64,000 nucleotides of DNA from a virus: IMG/VR virus record IMGVR_UViG_3300045116_000451, positions 31,654-95,653 of that record. The stretch is one strand, 5' to 3'. Under the pieces are notes generated by a model, which made no database searches, had not been told where the DNA came from, and saw only the letters and a program-made list of their open reading frames with translations. Positions within the stretch are counted from its first letter, which is position 1, and each line of letters begins with the position of its first letter. Positions 30,295 to 39,192 of this stretch are shown piece after piece. Position numbers and translations under genes: made by a program.

Positions 30295-31038
30295 TCAGTA
30301 CCCTCCGGCGTAGGCAGGCTTTCTTTTGGTCGCGACGGAGATTCCGACCACGACCATGATGGCACCGGCGCCGAACCACGCGATGACCGGCAGGCCGAGG
30401 AACGGCTTCGTGAGGAAGCCCATGACGCCACCGCCAGGTGGCTGCACGACCGGCGGCGTGGTCGGTGGCGTGTACGTCGGGGGCACGGTCTTCACCGGCG
30501 GCGTGGTCGGTGGCGTGTACCCGCCCCCGCCTCCGACCGTGACGCACTTGTTCGTCTTCGGGTCGAGCTTCTGGCCGGTCGGGCACATTGGCGCTACAGG
30601 CGGCGTGTAGCCGGGAACTTCGCACGACTCCCTGCTCGGGTTCCAGACCTGACCGGTCGGGCACTCGGGCACAAGCTCGACCGGCTCCGGCGGGACGCTT
30701 GAAACAAGGCCCTCGCACGTTCCGGGGCAGGCGGCTTCGCAGTTGGGATCGCGTTCGCACATGCCCTGGCAGTTGAAGATGCACGTCGCAACCGCGGGAT
30801 CGGCGCCGAGTCCATGCAACGACGATGGACGAGCCCGACGCAGGTGCAATCCCCACGGCAGGCCACGACGATCAACCACGTTGTAGATGTGCGCACCGAG
30901 TCCTTCGTCGCCGAGTCCATCAAGCGACGTGCCCAGGGTAGTCGGTCCGCGGAAGATGCCCGTTTCGCCAAGGCCGCTCAGCACACCCGCGCCTCGCCGT
31001 CGAAACGTATCCCTCGTGTAGAAGATGCCTTGTGCCAT
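30295..31038 (-). CDS. Cys/Pro-rich virion membrane protein
   Basis: LSGLG, LDGLG, LHGLG; CPTGQ twice; YTPPTTPPV twice; C-terminal TM. Confidence 0.7.
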   Translation of the reverse strand: MAQGIFYTRDTFRRRGAGVLSGLGETGIFRGPTTLGTSLDGLGDEGLGAHIYNVVDRRGLPWGLHLRRARPSSLHGLGADPAVATCIFNCQGMCERDPNCEAACPGTCEGLVSSVPPEPVELVPECPTGQVWNPSRESCEVPGYTPPVAPMCPTGQKLDPKTNKCVTVGGGGGYTPPTTPPVKTVPPTYTPPTTPPVVQPPGGGVMGFLTKPFLGLPVIAWFGAGAIMVVVGISVATKRKPAYAGGY

Positions 31039-31049
31039 GTCCGTGCCTT

Positions 31050-31592
31050 TCACCACGCGGTCGCGTGTTCGCGCTTTCGCTTGATGCCAACGATGAGAGC
31101 GCCGACGGCAGCCAGACCGACCGCGCCCGCGCCAAGGTAGAGCGGGTCCTTGTACCAGGGGACCTTGCCCGCGGGCCCGACGCCTGGCCCCGTTCGGCCA
31201 GCGAGCTTGCCGTAGTAGCAACCTGCCCAGGCCGTGTAGTCGGCTTGCATCCCGGCGCAAGCAGCCGACGCCTGAGCCATGAGCGCCGAGTACTCGGCCG
31301 TCTTCGAGGGGTTCGCGGCGATGTCCGCCGCCATCCTCGTGTTGAACGCGACGCAGTCGGCGTGAGCCTGCGGGTTCGAGCTGACGGGAGCACAAGCGGC
31401 CTCGACGCCCGAGCCGATGCCGGGAAGAACGCCGAGGCCCTCGAGCGCCGGCATCCTGACGATCGGCTGCACGACGAAGTTTCCCTGCCGGCTGTCTTCG
31501 CGGAAAACCGGGCGCGTGTAGATCGGGCCGCGAATGTACGGCCATCGAAGCCACTCGAAGTACGTCGGGTTGAGGATGCGCCGGTGGCTCAT
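31050..31592 (-). CDS. virion membrane protein
   Basis: LEGLG motif, C-terminal TM then KRKR. Confidence 0.7.
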   Translation of the reverse strand: MSHRRILNPTYFEWLRWPYIRGPIYTRPVFREDSRQGNFVVQPIVRMPALEGLGVLPGIGSGVEAACAPVSSNPQAHADCVAFNTRMAADIAANPSKTAEYSALMAQASAACAGMQADYTAWAGCYYGKLAGRTGPGVGPAGKVPWYKDPLYLGAGAVGLAAVGALIVGIKRKREHATAW

Positions 31593-31972
31593 CGTCGCTT
31601 CCCGTGGCGCCGGCGGCGGCGCTTTCGGTTGGGGCTCGCGCTGCCAGTTCCGCGGTACGCCGCGTAGCCGGCGGAGACGATGGGGCCGCCGAACAGGCCT
31701 CCCCAGAACCAGCCGTGCTTGCCGCCGTGCGCCTTCTTGCCGATGTACCAGCCCATGGCCGCGCGAAGAGCGCCACCGACGAGGAGCACGCCGGCCAGAA
31801 TACCGAGGGCCACCATCTGCCCTCGCTTCGAGACTTGCTGCGGCTCGACAGCACCAAGGCCCGAGAGCCGGGCTTTGAGAGCCTCGCCGAAACGCATCGG
31901 CCGCAGGAAGAGCGCGGGCCTGCCGAACGAGAACGGCCCAACCGGGGGCCATGCCTGCCCGAGAGCGTTCAT
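31589..31972 (-). CDS. virion membrane protein (paralogue of 31969-32580)
   Basis: LSGLG; ALRAAMGWYIGKK; PNRKRRRRR tail. Confidence 0.7.
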   Translation of the reverse strand: MNALGQAWPPVGPFSFGRPALFLRPMRFGEALKARLSGLGAVEPQQVSKRGQMVALGILAGVLLVGGALRAAMGWYIGKKAHGGKHGWFWGGLFGGPIVSAGYAAYRGTGSASPNRKRRRRRHGKRR

Positions 31973-32580
31973 CGCGCACCTCGCTTGCCCTTGCGGGTCT
32001 TTTTGCGTTGCTTGGTGCCCCTCTCGACGAACACGTCATGCCCCACCACGCGCTTGCCGTGACGTTCGGTGTGGATTCGGATTTTGATCGTTCGCTGATC
32101 ACAAGCGGGCGCGAGAACGCCGATGGCACGATGCACCTGCGCTCTGCTCGGCGCTTGTGCAGGCGGGGTGAGGCGCATGCTGAGATTCGGGCATTTCGCT
32201 CCGGTTCGCTTGATGTTCGCGAGCGCGCTCTGTCCGGCGCCTGGCTTGGCGAAGAGCGCTACCCCGAATAGGCCCGTCGTGCCGAAGACCGTGCCGGCCA
32301 AGCTTCCGGCAATGGGGTGGCCCAGGCGCTTGCCCACGTAGTAGCTGCTCGCGGCTCGAAGCGCCATGTACACGAGGAACGTGATGCCCATGCCCTTGAG
32401 CACGCGCGAGAACGCGGTCGTGAACGGCTCCCAGGTGCTCGGTGGAGGTTGGGATCCGTTCGCGCCTAGGCCCGCCATGGGACGCAGCGACGGCACCACC
32501 GAGATCACGTGCGGGTTGTAGTACGCCCCGAGCCCCTGAAGAGGGCTCGTCTGCGGGTACGAGTAGTAGTTCGCGAACAT
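31969..32580 (-). CDS. virion membrane protein
   Basis: LQGLG, MAGLG; ALRAASSYYVGKR; basic tail. Confidence 0.7.
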   Translation of the reverse strand: MFANYYSYPQTSPLQGLGAYYNPHVISVVPSLRPMAGLGANGSQPPPSTWEPFTTAFSRVLKGMGITFLVYMALRAASSYYVGKRLGHPIAGSLAGTVFGTTGLFGVALFAKPGAGQSALANIKRTGAKCPNLSMRLTPPAQAPSRAQVHRAIGVLAPACDQRTIKIRIHTERHGKRVVGHDVFVERGTKQRKKTRKGKRGAR

Positions 32581-32581
32581 C

Positions 32582-33286
32582 TCACTCCTCACGCGTGAAG
32601 TAGTTGATCGCGAAGGCGAGCGCGACGCCGAAGAGCACGCCCCCGCCAGCCCAAGCGGCGTACTCGCCCCACGGGATCGCCTGCGCATCGCCGAGACCTC
32701 GAAACGCGTACCTCGTGTCCGTCGGAGCGCCTCGAACCATCCCGAGCCCGGAAAGGGGCGGGCTCGAGGAAGCGACCTCGGGCATCCGCACGGGCCCGAA
32801 AGCGGGGTTCGTCGAGTACGGGCGCTCGGTCTCGAGGTCGTAGGACCGGTACGTCTCGACCACGTCGTCGTACCAGGACCCGCCCGCGTTGGGCTGGTAG
32901 ATGACGGGCTGGCCCGTCGTCGTGTCGATGATCTCGGAGGGCTGGGTCGGCTGCTCTCGGTACAGGTACCCGGGCAGCGCGAAGTGGTGCTCGAAGACGC
33001 CGGCGCCAGCGTTGCCGGTCGGCGGAGCCCCGGGCCCGTCGAAGATCCCGTTTCCGACGACGTCGTCTTCCTGCTGGGCCTTTCGCACGGACTCGTCGTC
33101 GCCCGACCAAGAGTCGCCCCACTGCTGCGTGTCGGGCAGCTCGCCCAGACCTCTCAACTGTCGTCCGTACGGCATGGCTCGCATCCTCACGTAGCTCGGG
33201 TTGATCGAGCTTGGGAACATGTCTGGCGGGGCCTGCACCTGCGATCGACCGCAGACCGGAGTGGACATGAAGCGCGGGACGTTCAC
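32582..33286 (-). CDS. virion membrane protein
   Basis: LRGLG, LSGLG, FRGLG; C-terminal TM. Confidence 0.7.
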   Translation of the reverse strand: MNVPRFMSTPVCGRSQVQAPPDMFPSSINPSYVRMRAMPYGRQLRGLGELPDTQQWGDSWSGDDESVRKAQQEDDVVGNGIFDGPGAPPTGNAGAGVFEHHFALPGYLYREQPTQPSEIIDTTTGQPVIYQPNAGGSWYDDVVETYRSYDLETERPYSTNPAFGPVRMPEVASSSPPLSGLGMVRGAPTDTRYAFRGLGDAQAIPWGEYAAWAGGGVLFGVALAFAINYFTREE

Positions 33287-34077
33287 GGCTTCTTTCTCCT
33301 AGCGACGACGACGATCACGGCGATGAGCCCGGCTGCAGCAGCCGCGCCAACGCCGATGACCACGTTGCGACACGCGGGGCGTTGCAGGCAACCCGACGGG
33401 GGCGCTTCGTCCACAACGGGAGATGGCGCGATGCAGGTCTGCGTGCCCTGATCCCAGGCGAACCCGCTTTCCAGGCACTTGCGAACATCCGGCGGGATCT
33501 CCGTGAGCCCGGGCCCGGGACCCGGACCTGGAGGGCGGGGCGTGGGAGGAGAGAGCGGCCGCAACGACGGGAGCGCGCCGTCAGGTGCAGGCGCCGTTGC
33601 GGACTGCGAGAGAATTTTCTGCTCGGGCCCGAATGGTCGCTGCTGCAGCATCTGCAGGTCGGCGCGTCGGGCGAGCGTGCTGAAGGCGGACGACTGCCCG
33701 AGGCCGCTCACCTGCTCGCCGTACGAGGGCGGCAGCCAATTCGGCACGGCCCTCGTCGCCGGGTATCGACCTGCCATCTGCGACGGGGCGATGGCCGGAC
33801 CGATGCGCGATGCTTCGACGGGCGGGGCTCCACGCCTCACGCCCCCGATCTCGAGCGCCTGCTGGCGGGCGAGCGTCGTGTACGCCCCGGGTGAGACCGC
33901 CGCAGCCGGGCTGAAGTGGCTCACGTCGCCGGCACCTTGCAGCGGGCGCTTCCTGCGGCAGCACGCGCGATGGTGCTCGGGGTACAGGGGATGGCCCTTC
34001 GGGCACGGACAGCCTGCGAAGTACATGCCGCGAGCGTAACCCCGTCGGGCTGGAGCGAGAAGGCGCGCGTCAGGCAA
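33283..34077 (-). CDS. virion membrane protein
   Basis: LQGAG, VSGLG; C-terminal TM then RRKK; start may be ATG 34026. Confidence 0.65.
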   Translation of the reverse strand: MPDARLLAPARRGYARGMYFAGCPCPKGHPLYPEHHRACCRRKRPLQGAGDVSHFSPAAAVSPGAYTTLARQQALEIGGVRRGAPPVEASRIGPAIAPSQMAGRYPATRAVPNWLPPSYGEQVSGLGQSSAFSTLARRADLQMLQQRPFGPEQKILSQSATAPAPDGALPSLRPLSPPTPRPPGPGPGPGLTEIPPDVRKCLESGFAWDQGTQTCIAPSPVVDEAPPSGCLQRPACRNVVIGVGAAAAAGLIAVIVVVARRKKP

Positions 34078-35020
34078 CTCGGGAGCGCACCGACAACTCG
34101 CCGAGCGTCTCTACGTGCGCCGGTACATTGAACTCACGCAGCAGCACGAGGTGGCCTGGGTCCGTGATCACCCAAGGGTCCGTTCGCTCATCCCGTGTGC
34201 GCCTCACCTTGCCGACGTTCTTGGAATGCACGTCCGCGAGCAACATGTCGTTGTCCATGTAGTAGGTGAGCGCCTCTCCGACGAGGCGCGAATCGGGCTC
34301 GCTTCGCAACGTGGCCGCACACAACTCGAGGCCCGCCCAAAGGAGCGCCAGTCCGTCGAGCGTCCAGGCGCTCTCAAGATCCAAACCGCGCAGAACGAGA
34401 GTTTTTCCGGACAACAGAGACACGTCCCCAGCCAAGCGCTTGGATCGTTCTTTGATCGTCGGCATGATCATGGGGATCGCGCTCATATTGTCCCATCCGG
34501 ACAGGCTGGCCTTTCGCATTATGACGGCCGCATTTTTGTACTCGCGCAGGACGTTCCTGAACACATGCACGGACTCGCAGTTCGCGACGAGCCTGGTCCA
34601 GCCAGGGCGCCTGCTCTGTCGCTCGCATTCCTCGCTCAACCTTTTCACGTCGCCGATGGCGTAAGCGCGTTCGCGCCACAGAAGGTGCACTTGTGCCGGC
34701 TCATCGTGTCCGGGCACCTCGTGCCGTCCAGGGACGCGCACGATGTCGTGGTAGCGCACGACGCCTTCGTGTTTCAGGTTCAATGCGCTCGTGAGCGCGA
34801 CGAATTCAGCTTCCGAGTTATCGGTCGTGATTTTGAACACGACGTCAGCGACGCTCGTGTTGTAAACGCAGCCGTAGCTCCCGCAGCCGAGAGGCTGCCA
34901 CAACGCGACCGGAGACCCTACTGGAAGCAGGTCGCGATCGACGCGCTTGCACAGCGACGTCCAGTTCGCTGCAAGGATTTCGTCGACCCATCCGGGAGGG
35001 TTCGCGCACGCGTTTTTCAC
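34070..35020 (-). CDS. protein kinase-like protein
   Basis: LGCGSYGCVY Gly loop, VVFK, EAE, DVHSKN catalytic loop, ITDPG. Confidence 0.8.
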   Translation of the reverse strand: MKNACANPPGWVDEILAANWTSLCKRVDRDLLPVGSPVALWQPLGCGSYGCVYNTSVADVVFKITTDNSEAEFVALTSALNLKHEGVVRYHDIVRVPGRHEVPGHDEPAQVHLLWRERAYAIGDVKRLSEECERQSRRPGWTRLVANCESVHVFRNVLREYKNAAVIMRKASLSGWDNMSAIPMIMPTIKERSKRLAGDVSLLSGKTLVLRGLDLESAWTLDGLALLWAGLELCAATLRSEPDSRLVGEALTYYMDNDMLLADVHSKNVGKVRRTRDERTDPWVITDPGHLVLLREFNVPAHVETLGELSVRSRVA

Positions 35021-35592
35021 GGCCGCACCGCCCGTCTCGCAGCGACCCGCGTCCGAGCGTCGAGATCCCCCAGCGTCTCGATCGCGAACTCGGGCCTCTC
35101 GGCGCCAAGAAAGATGACGTGCCCGGGGTCCGTGATCACCCACACCTTCTCACGGTCTCGCTTTCGCCTGGTGACGATTCCCACGTTGCCAGGGTGAACG
35201 TCGCTCACGAGCACGTCCTTGTCCAGGCACAATCGCAGCGCTTGGCCGATTCGGCGAGACATGGGATTTCGAATGAGGGTCTGGATGCTCGCCTGCGTGG
35301 AAGCCCATGCCATTGCGGCGCGCAGAACGATCGGGTCCACTAAAGACCCTCGGGCATCGTCGGTGTGAAGCACGAGCTTTGATGCCGGATGCTTCGCTTC
35401 CTTGAGCACGACATCCTTCGCGGAAGTTGCGTACACGCACCCGTAATAGCCGCAGCCGAGCGCTTTCGGGCTTTGCTTTGCACGACCAGCCGGCAGAAGC
35501 TCGGACGAGAGCCTTCGCGTCAGCTCGGTCCAGTTCTGCCTGAGCATCTTGTCGACCCAGTCGGGTTCGTTCGGGCTGGCAAGTTGGCTCAT
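35017..35592 (-). CDS. shortened kinase-like paralogue
   Basis: LGCGYYGCVY, VVLK, DVHPGN, ITDPG; about 125 aa shorter internally. Confidence 0.7.
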   Translation of the reverse strand: MSQLASPNEPDWVDKMLRQNWTELTRRLSSELLPAGRAKQSPKALGCGYYGCVYATSAKDVVLKEAKHPASKLVLHTDDARGSLVDPIVLRAAMAWASTQASIQTLIRNPMSRRIGQALRLCLDKDVLVSDVHPGNVGIVTRRKRDREKVWVITDPGHVIFLGAERPEFAIETLGDLDARTRVAARRAVRP

Positions 35593-36188
35593 TCGTCCAC
35601 GCTGATGGTCTTGTACGATTTAATCGCCGAGAGCATCTCCTGCTCGCGCGTGCCGGCCACGGGGTCGCACACGATCCAGGTCTGCGATCGGGGCTCGCGC
35701 AGGCACGCGAACACGTGCGTGTACTCCCCACCGGGCTGGAAGGCCGCGATCGTGTAGCGGGCCTCTCTGCCGAGCGTCATGCCGAGCGCGGCGATGAGCG
35801 TCGCGATGTCGTCGCAGTCGACGAGCGCGACGCGTTGCTTCTCGATCTCGAGCAGGGTCCGAAACGGCGTCTTCACCTGCTCGACGTGTCGGGCGTCGTT
35901 CGAGTAGCGCAGCCAGGGGCTCGTGCACCAGCCCCGGATGGCAAGGATCTCGCTCAGGTAGTCCTTGGGTCGAAGATGCCGGACGATCGCTTCGGCCCAC
36001 TGGCGCACGCGGTAGTTCTGCTCGCCCTCCTTGCCGCGGGCGTACCCCAGCATCATGTGGATGGTCTGGTCGGTCCCCTTGAAGCGCCCGAGCCACGGCA
36101 CGACGGGCTCGGAGCCAGGCGGCGCCCCGTAGCCCGGGAACGAACCCGTGGCGACGACGGGCACGAAGCTTGGGGAGCGCAGGAACAT
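35589..36188 (-). CDS. transglutaminase-like cysteine enzyme (candidate maturation protease)
   Basis: DCDD (Cys), YTHVF (His), WIVCDP (Asp) triad. Confidence 0.85.
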   Translation of the reverse strand: MFLRSPSFVPVVATGSFPGYGAPPGSEPVVPWLGRFKGTDQTIHMMLGYARGKEGEQNYRVRQWAEAIVRHLRPKDYLSEILAIRGWCTSPWLRYSNDARHVEQVKTPFRTLLEIEKQRVALVDCDDIATLIAALGMTLGREARYTIAAFQPGGEYTHVFACLREPRSQTWIVCDPVAGTREQEMLSAIKSYKTISVDE

Positions 36189-36241
36189 GCGGACATGATA
36201 GGCGCCTAGCGCCGGTCACGTCACGGGCGCGGGGCTCGTCG

Positions 36242-36766
36242 TCACATCAGCCCCGGCAGGTCGGCGCGGGCTCCGCACACCCCGTTGTGACGTTCGAGCA
36301 TCTGCAAAAACCACGGGTTCGACAGAGCGGCGGGACCCCGCGCCATGCGAAGGGCCGCAATCGCGTGCGTGCTCAGAAAACAACTCGGCGTCCGGGAGAT
36401 CCGCCCGCGTTTCGGCATCGGGGGCAGCATGAGCGCAAGGGCTGCGATGAGCGCGGATCGGTTGCGCCCTTGCCAACACGTGACGAGCACGCGCTTGCCC
36501 GCGTCGAGAAGCTCGCGGACACGCACGGCTGCCCAAATAGCCGTGCGCACCTCCTTGTCGGTCATGGGCTCGCCGCTGTCGTCCAGCGGCGCATAGATGA
36601 CTCGCATGCCCAGGAACAGCCGAGCCGGGGGCTGCGCTTCCTTGGCCGCGAGCACCAGGACGTCGAAGCGGTAGCGAAGCCAAGCTGAGCCCATCGGGTA
36701 GCTGCCGACCCAGAGCGCGCCCGCCACGAGCGACGCTTCCACGGTGGGTACTTTCTGGCTAGCCAT
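36242..36766 (-). CDS. dual-specificity protein phosphatase
   Basis: LWVGS, PLDD, VLVTCWQGRNRS (CX5R), LSNPWF. Confidence 0.9.
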   Translation of the reverse strand: MASQKVPTVEASLVAGALWVGSYPMGSAWLRYRFDVLVLAAKEAQPPARLFLGMRVIYAPLDDSGEPMTDKEVRTAIWAAVRVRELLDAGKRVLVTCWQGRNRSALIAALALMLPPMPKRGRISRTPSCFLSTHAIAALRMARGPAALSNPWFLQMLERHNGVCGARADLPGLM

Positions 36767-37073
36767 GCCCGCCACGCGCCATCGTGAGGGAAGCCATGCC
36801 CTGCTCTCGCTCACGCACGAAAGGCCCGTACTCGAGCGCCAGGCCGGCGAGCTTCATCTCGCTCTCGAGCCACGCCTGCGCGTCTTGCGCAACGATCGCC
36901 TTGTCTCTGCGCTTCACGGCATCCATGAGCCTGCGCGCAAGAACTTTCCTGCGCTCGAAGCAAGCCGCAAGCTCGCCTTCGGTCGGAAGCGCCACGACCG
37001 CACGAGCCACGAGGGCCTCCACGTCGCGCCAGAACGGATCGGGCTCGCCGAGGTCCGAGTTATCATTCGTCAT
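36759..37073 (-). CDS. hypothetical protein
   Basis: 104 aa in operon. Confidence 0.55.
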   Translation of the reverse strand: MTNDNSDLGEPDPFWRDVEALVARAVVALPTEGELAACFERRKVLARRLMDAVKRRDKAIVAQDAQAWLESEMKLAGLALEYGPFVREREQGMASLTMARGGHG

Positions 37074-37434
37074 CGTCGCTCTCCTTCTGGGCGCTCTCGA
37101 ACGCTCGATGGCGCTTGGACAAGGCGCTCGGGCGAAGCAACGTCAGGAAGAGCGGGGCGTTCTCGTTTTCTGGCTCGATTTCGCCGTTGAGAATGACCCA
37201 CTTGTCGGCTTCTTCGAAGCTCATCCCTTGACGTACGAGAACGTCCACGCACTTGTCCCTGTCGTAGCACGCCAAGGTTCTATCGAAGCGCGCGGCGTAC
37301 CCGATGAGAGCGTCTTCGAACCCGTCGGCGAAAAGCGCATCCGGATTTTCTTCCGCAACCATTTCGGCTGCTTCGTCAAATGACGGCTCCGGCTCGTCTG
37401 TGTCGATCTCGGAAAAATCTTCGTCCTCGGTCAT
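37063..37434 (-). CDS. conserved phage-type hypothetical protein
   Basis: ADGFEDALIG...YDRDKCVDVL...GMSFEEA pattern. Confidence 0.65.
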   Translation of the reverse strand: MTEDEDFSEIDTDEPEPSFDEAAEMVAEENPDALFADGFEDALIGYAARFDRTLACYDRDKCVDVLVRQGMSFEEADKWVILNGEIEPENENAPLFLTLLRPSALSKRHRAFESAQKESDDDE

Positions 37435-38042
37435 CTGAGCCCCTTCGGTCTCGGGATTCCGCGTCCGAGCGTCTGGATGATGCAGCCTTCCGTGCCCGTG
37501 TAGCCGATGCGCTCGCCGAGCACGTGTTCGGCGATGGCGTCGGCAAGCATCTCGACTTCGTCGCGAGGCCGCCCCTCCCAGTCGCGAAGGTGCTTGGCGA
37601 AGTTGTGGCTTGGAAGCGTCTCGAACACGAACACGGCAGGCCCCTGAAACTTCTGGGGCAGGTCTTCGAGAGACCGAGCCCAAGCGCCCTGTCGGATGTG
37701 CATTTCGACGGCCCGCCGGAACCAGTACTTGCCCGGGCTCGACAGATCGACCGCGTGCCCGGCTTCGTGGGCGAGGATCGCCTTGATGTTCGCGAGCGGA
37801 AGGTCGGCGAACTCGGGAGCGAGCACGAGCGTGCTCGCGTCCTCGCTCATGCCGGCGAAGTGCCGGCACGTGTCGCGCCACTCCGGGTCGATCACGATCT
37901 TCGCGACGTTCCCAGGGGCTTCGAAGCCGTGCTCACGGAAAAGCTGGAGCATCTCGCGCCAGTACGGCTCGATCACCCGCCACGCCTTGTCGGGTCGAAG
38001 CGGCGTTTCCGGCAGCTCGTACGGGTCCGGGCGCTTCATCAC
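37431..38042 (-). CDS. zincin-like metallopeptidase
   Basis: ILAHEAGH with downstream EMLAD. Confidence 0.75.
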   Translation of the reverse strand: MMKRPDPYELPETPLRPDKAWRVIEPYWREMLQLFREHGFEAPGNVAKIVIDPEWRDTCRHFAGMSEDASTLVLAPEFADLPLANIKAILAHEAGHAVDLSSPGKYWFRRAVEMHIRQGAWARSLEDLPQKFQGPAVFVFETLPSHNFAKHLRDWEGRPRDEVEMLADAIAEHVLGERIGYTGTEGCIIQTLGRGIPRPKGLR

Positions 38043-38572
38043 TTGGCTGGAGCTGGCTCCGCGGGCGGCTCAGCGGATGGCTTGCGGGCCCGCGCCTTCT
38101 CTTCCTGCGCAAGCTTCGCTTCCAGATCGCGGGTGCTGATGACATCAACTGTAAGCGGGCTAGCCATCTTGCGTTCGAGGCGCTCGAGTCTGGCATCGAC
38201 GTGATTGAACCGAGTCATGAGCACGTCGAAGTACGGCGGGACTGCGTCTGGGAATCCGGCCGTCGCGGGTTCGTATCCGACGGGTTCGCCCCCGACGCCT
38301 TTGCCAGGCTCGCTTGGCTTGGACAGGATGGCGATCACGGCCTTGATGAGTTCGGGCAGGCTCGAGTTGATCGTGCTGGTCCACGCATCTTCGATCCTGC
38401 GCTCGTTGCGCTCGCGCTTCTGCTTTCGCTTCGCCTTGCGCTTCCGACGCTTGTGCTCCTCGATGCGCGCGTCGCGCACGAACCGAGAATGGTATTCTAC
38501 GATGCCCGCCAGATGGTCGAGGCGACCGATTTCGGACAGGATCCTGAAAAGACGCGTGACATTCTCGAGCAT
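38039..38572 (-). CDS. hypothetical protein
   Basis: AAGGA RBS, basic tract. Confidence 0.55.
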   Translation of the reverse strand: MLENVTRLFRILSEIGRLDHLAGIVEYHSRFVRDARIEEHKRRKRKAKRKQKRERNERRIEDAWTSTINSSLPELIKAVIAILSKPSEPGKGVGGEPVGYEPATAGFPDAVPPYFDVLMTRFNHVDARLERLERKMASPLTVDVISTRDLEAKLAQEEKARARKPSAEPPAEPAPAK

Positions 38573-38598
38573 CGTAATGCTTTCCTTTCGGGTACTTC

Positions 38599-39132
38599 CT
38601 AGCGCTGCCAGCCGCCCTGCGGCGGGCCCGGAGGACCGTACGCTACCTGGCCGGACGGGACAGGCTGCGGAATACCGCGAACGAGCTGGTTCACGATCGG
38701 TGCCATGGCGCGGATGATCGCCTGCTGCTCGGCGCTGATGAGCCCGCCCCTGCCCGCGCTTCGCAGCTGGCGCTCGGCTTCCATCGGTGTGATGTCGAAG
38801 AACACGAGCGGGTTGTCCATGCACCCGCACCGAAAGTCGGGGTACAGGCAACGATGGCGCGGCGAGTACTTCCACTCGGTCTCGAACAGGTCCGGCCTCC
38901 CCATCGCCTGCCCGATGCGCTGCGGAAACTGCGCGTACTGGATCGCGTACAACTCGGACCAGGGGAAGAGCAAACCGTGAGGCCTGCCGCAGCCCTCGCA
39001 GCGCCTCTCCTTGATGAGCCCGTTTCGTCCGGGATCGATCTTGACTTTCATCTGCGTCAGGTCATCGATCGCCTCCGAGCCGGCGAACACGCCAAAGCTG
39101 AGCGGATCGAGTTCTTCATCGAGCTGAGCCAT
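38599..39132 (-). CDS. hypothetical Zn-binding protein
   Basis: CEGC...CGC. Confidence 0.65.
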   Translation of the reverse strand: MAQLDEELDPLSFGVFAGSEAIDDLTQMKVKIDPGRNGLIKERRCEGCGRPHGLLFPWSELYAIQYAQFPQRIGQAMGRPDLFETEWKYSPRHRCLYPDFRCGCMDNPLVFFDITPMEAERQLRSAGRGGLISAEQQAIIRAMAPIVNQLVRGIPQPVPSGQVAYGPPGPPQGGWQR

Positions 39133-39192
39133 CTCGGCACCGCCTTTCGATCGGACTGTTGGCGCGACGATACATCGCTCGCGCGAAGCGCG

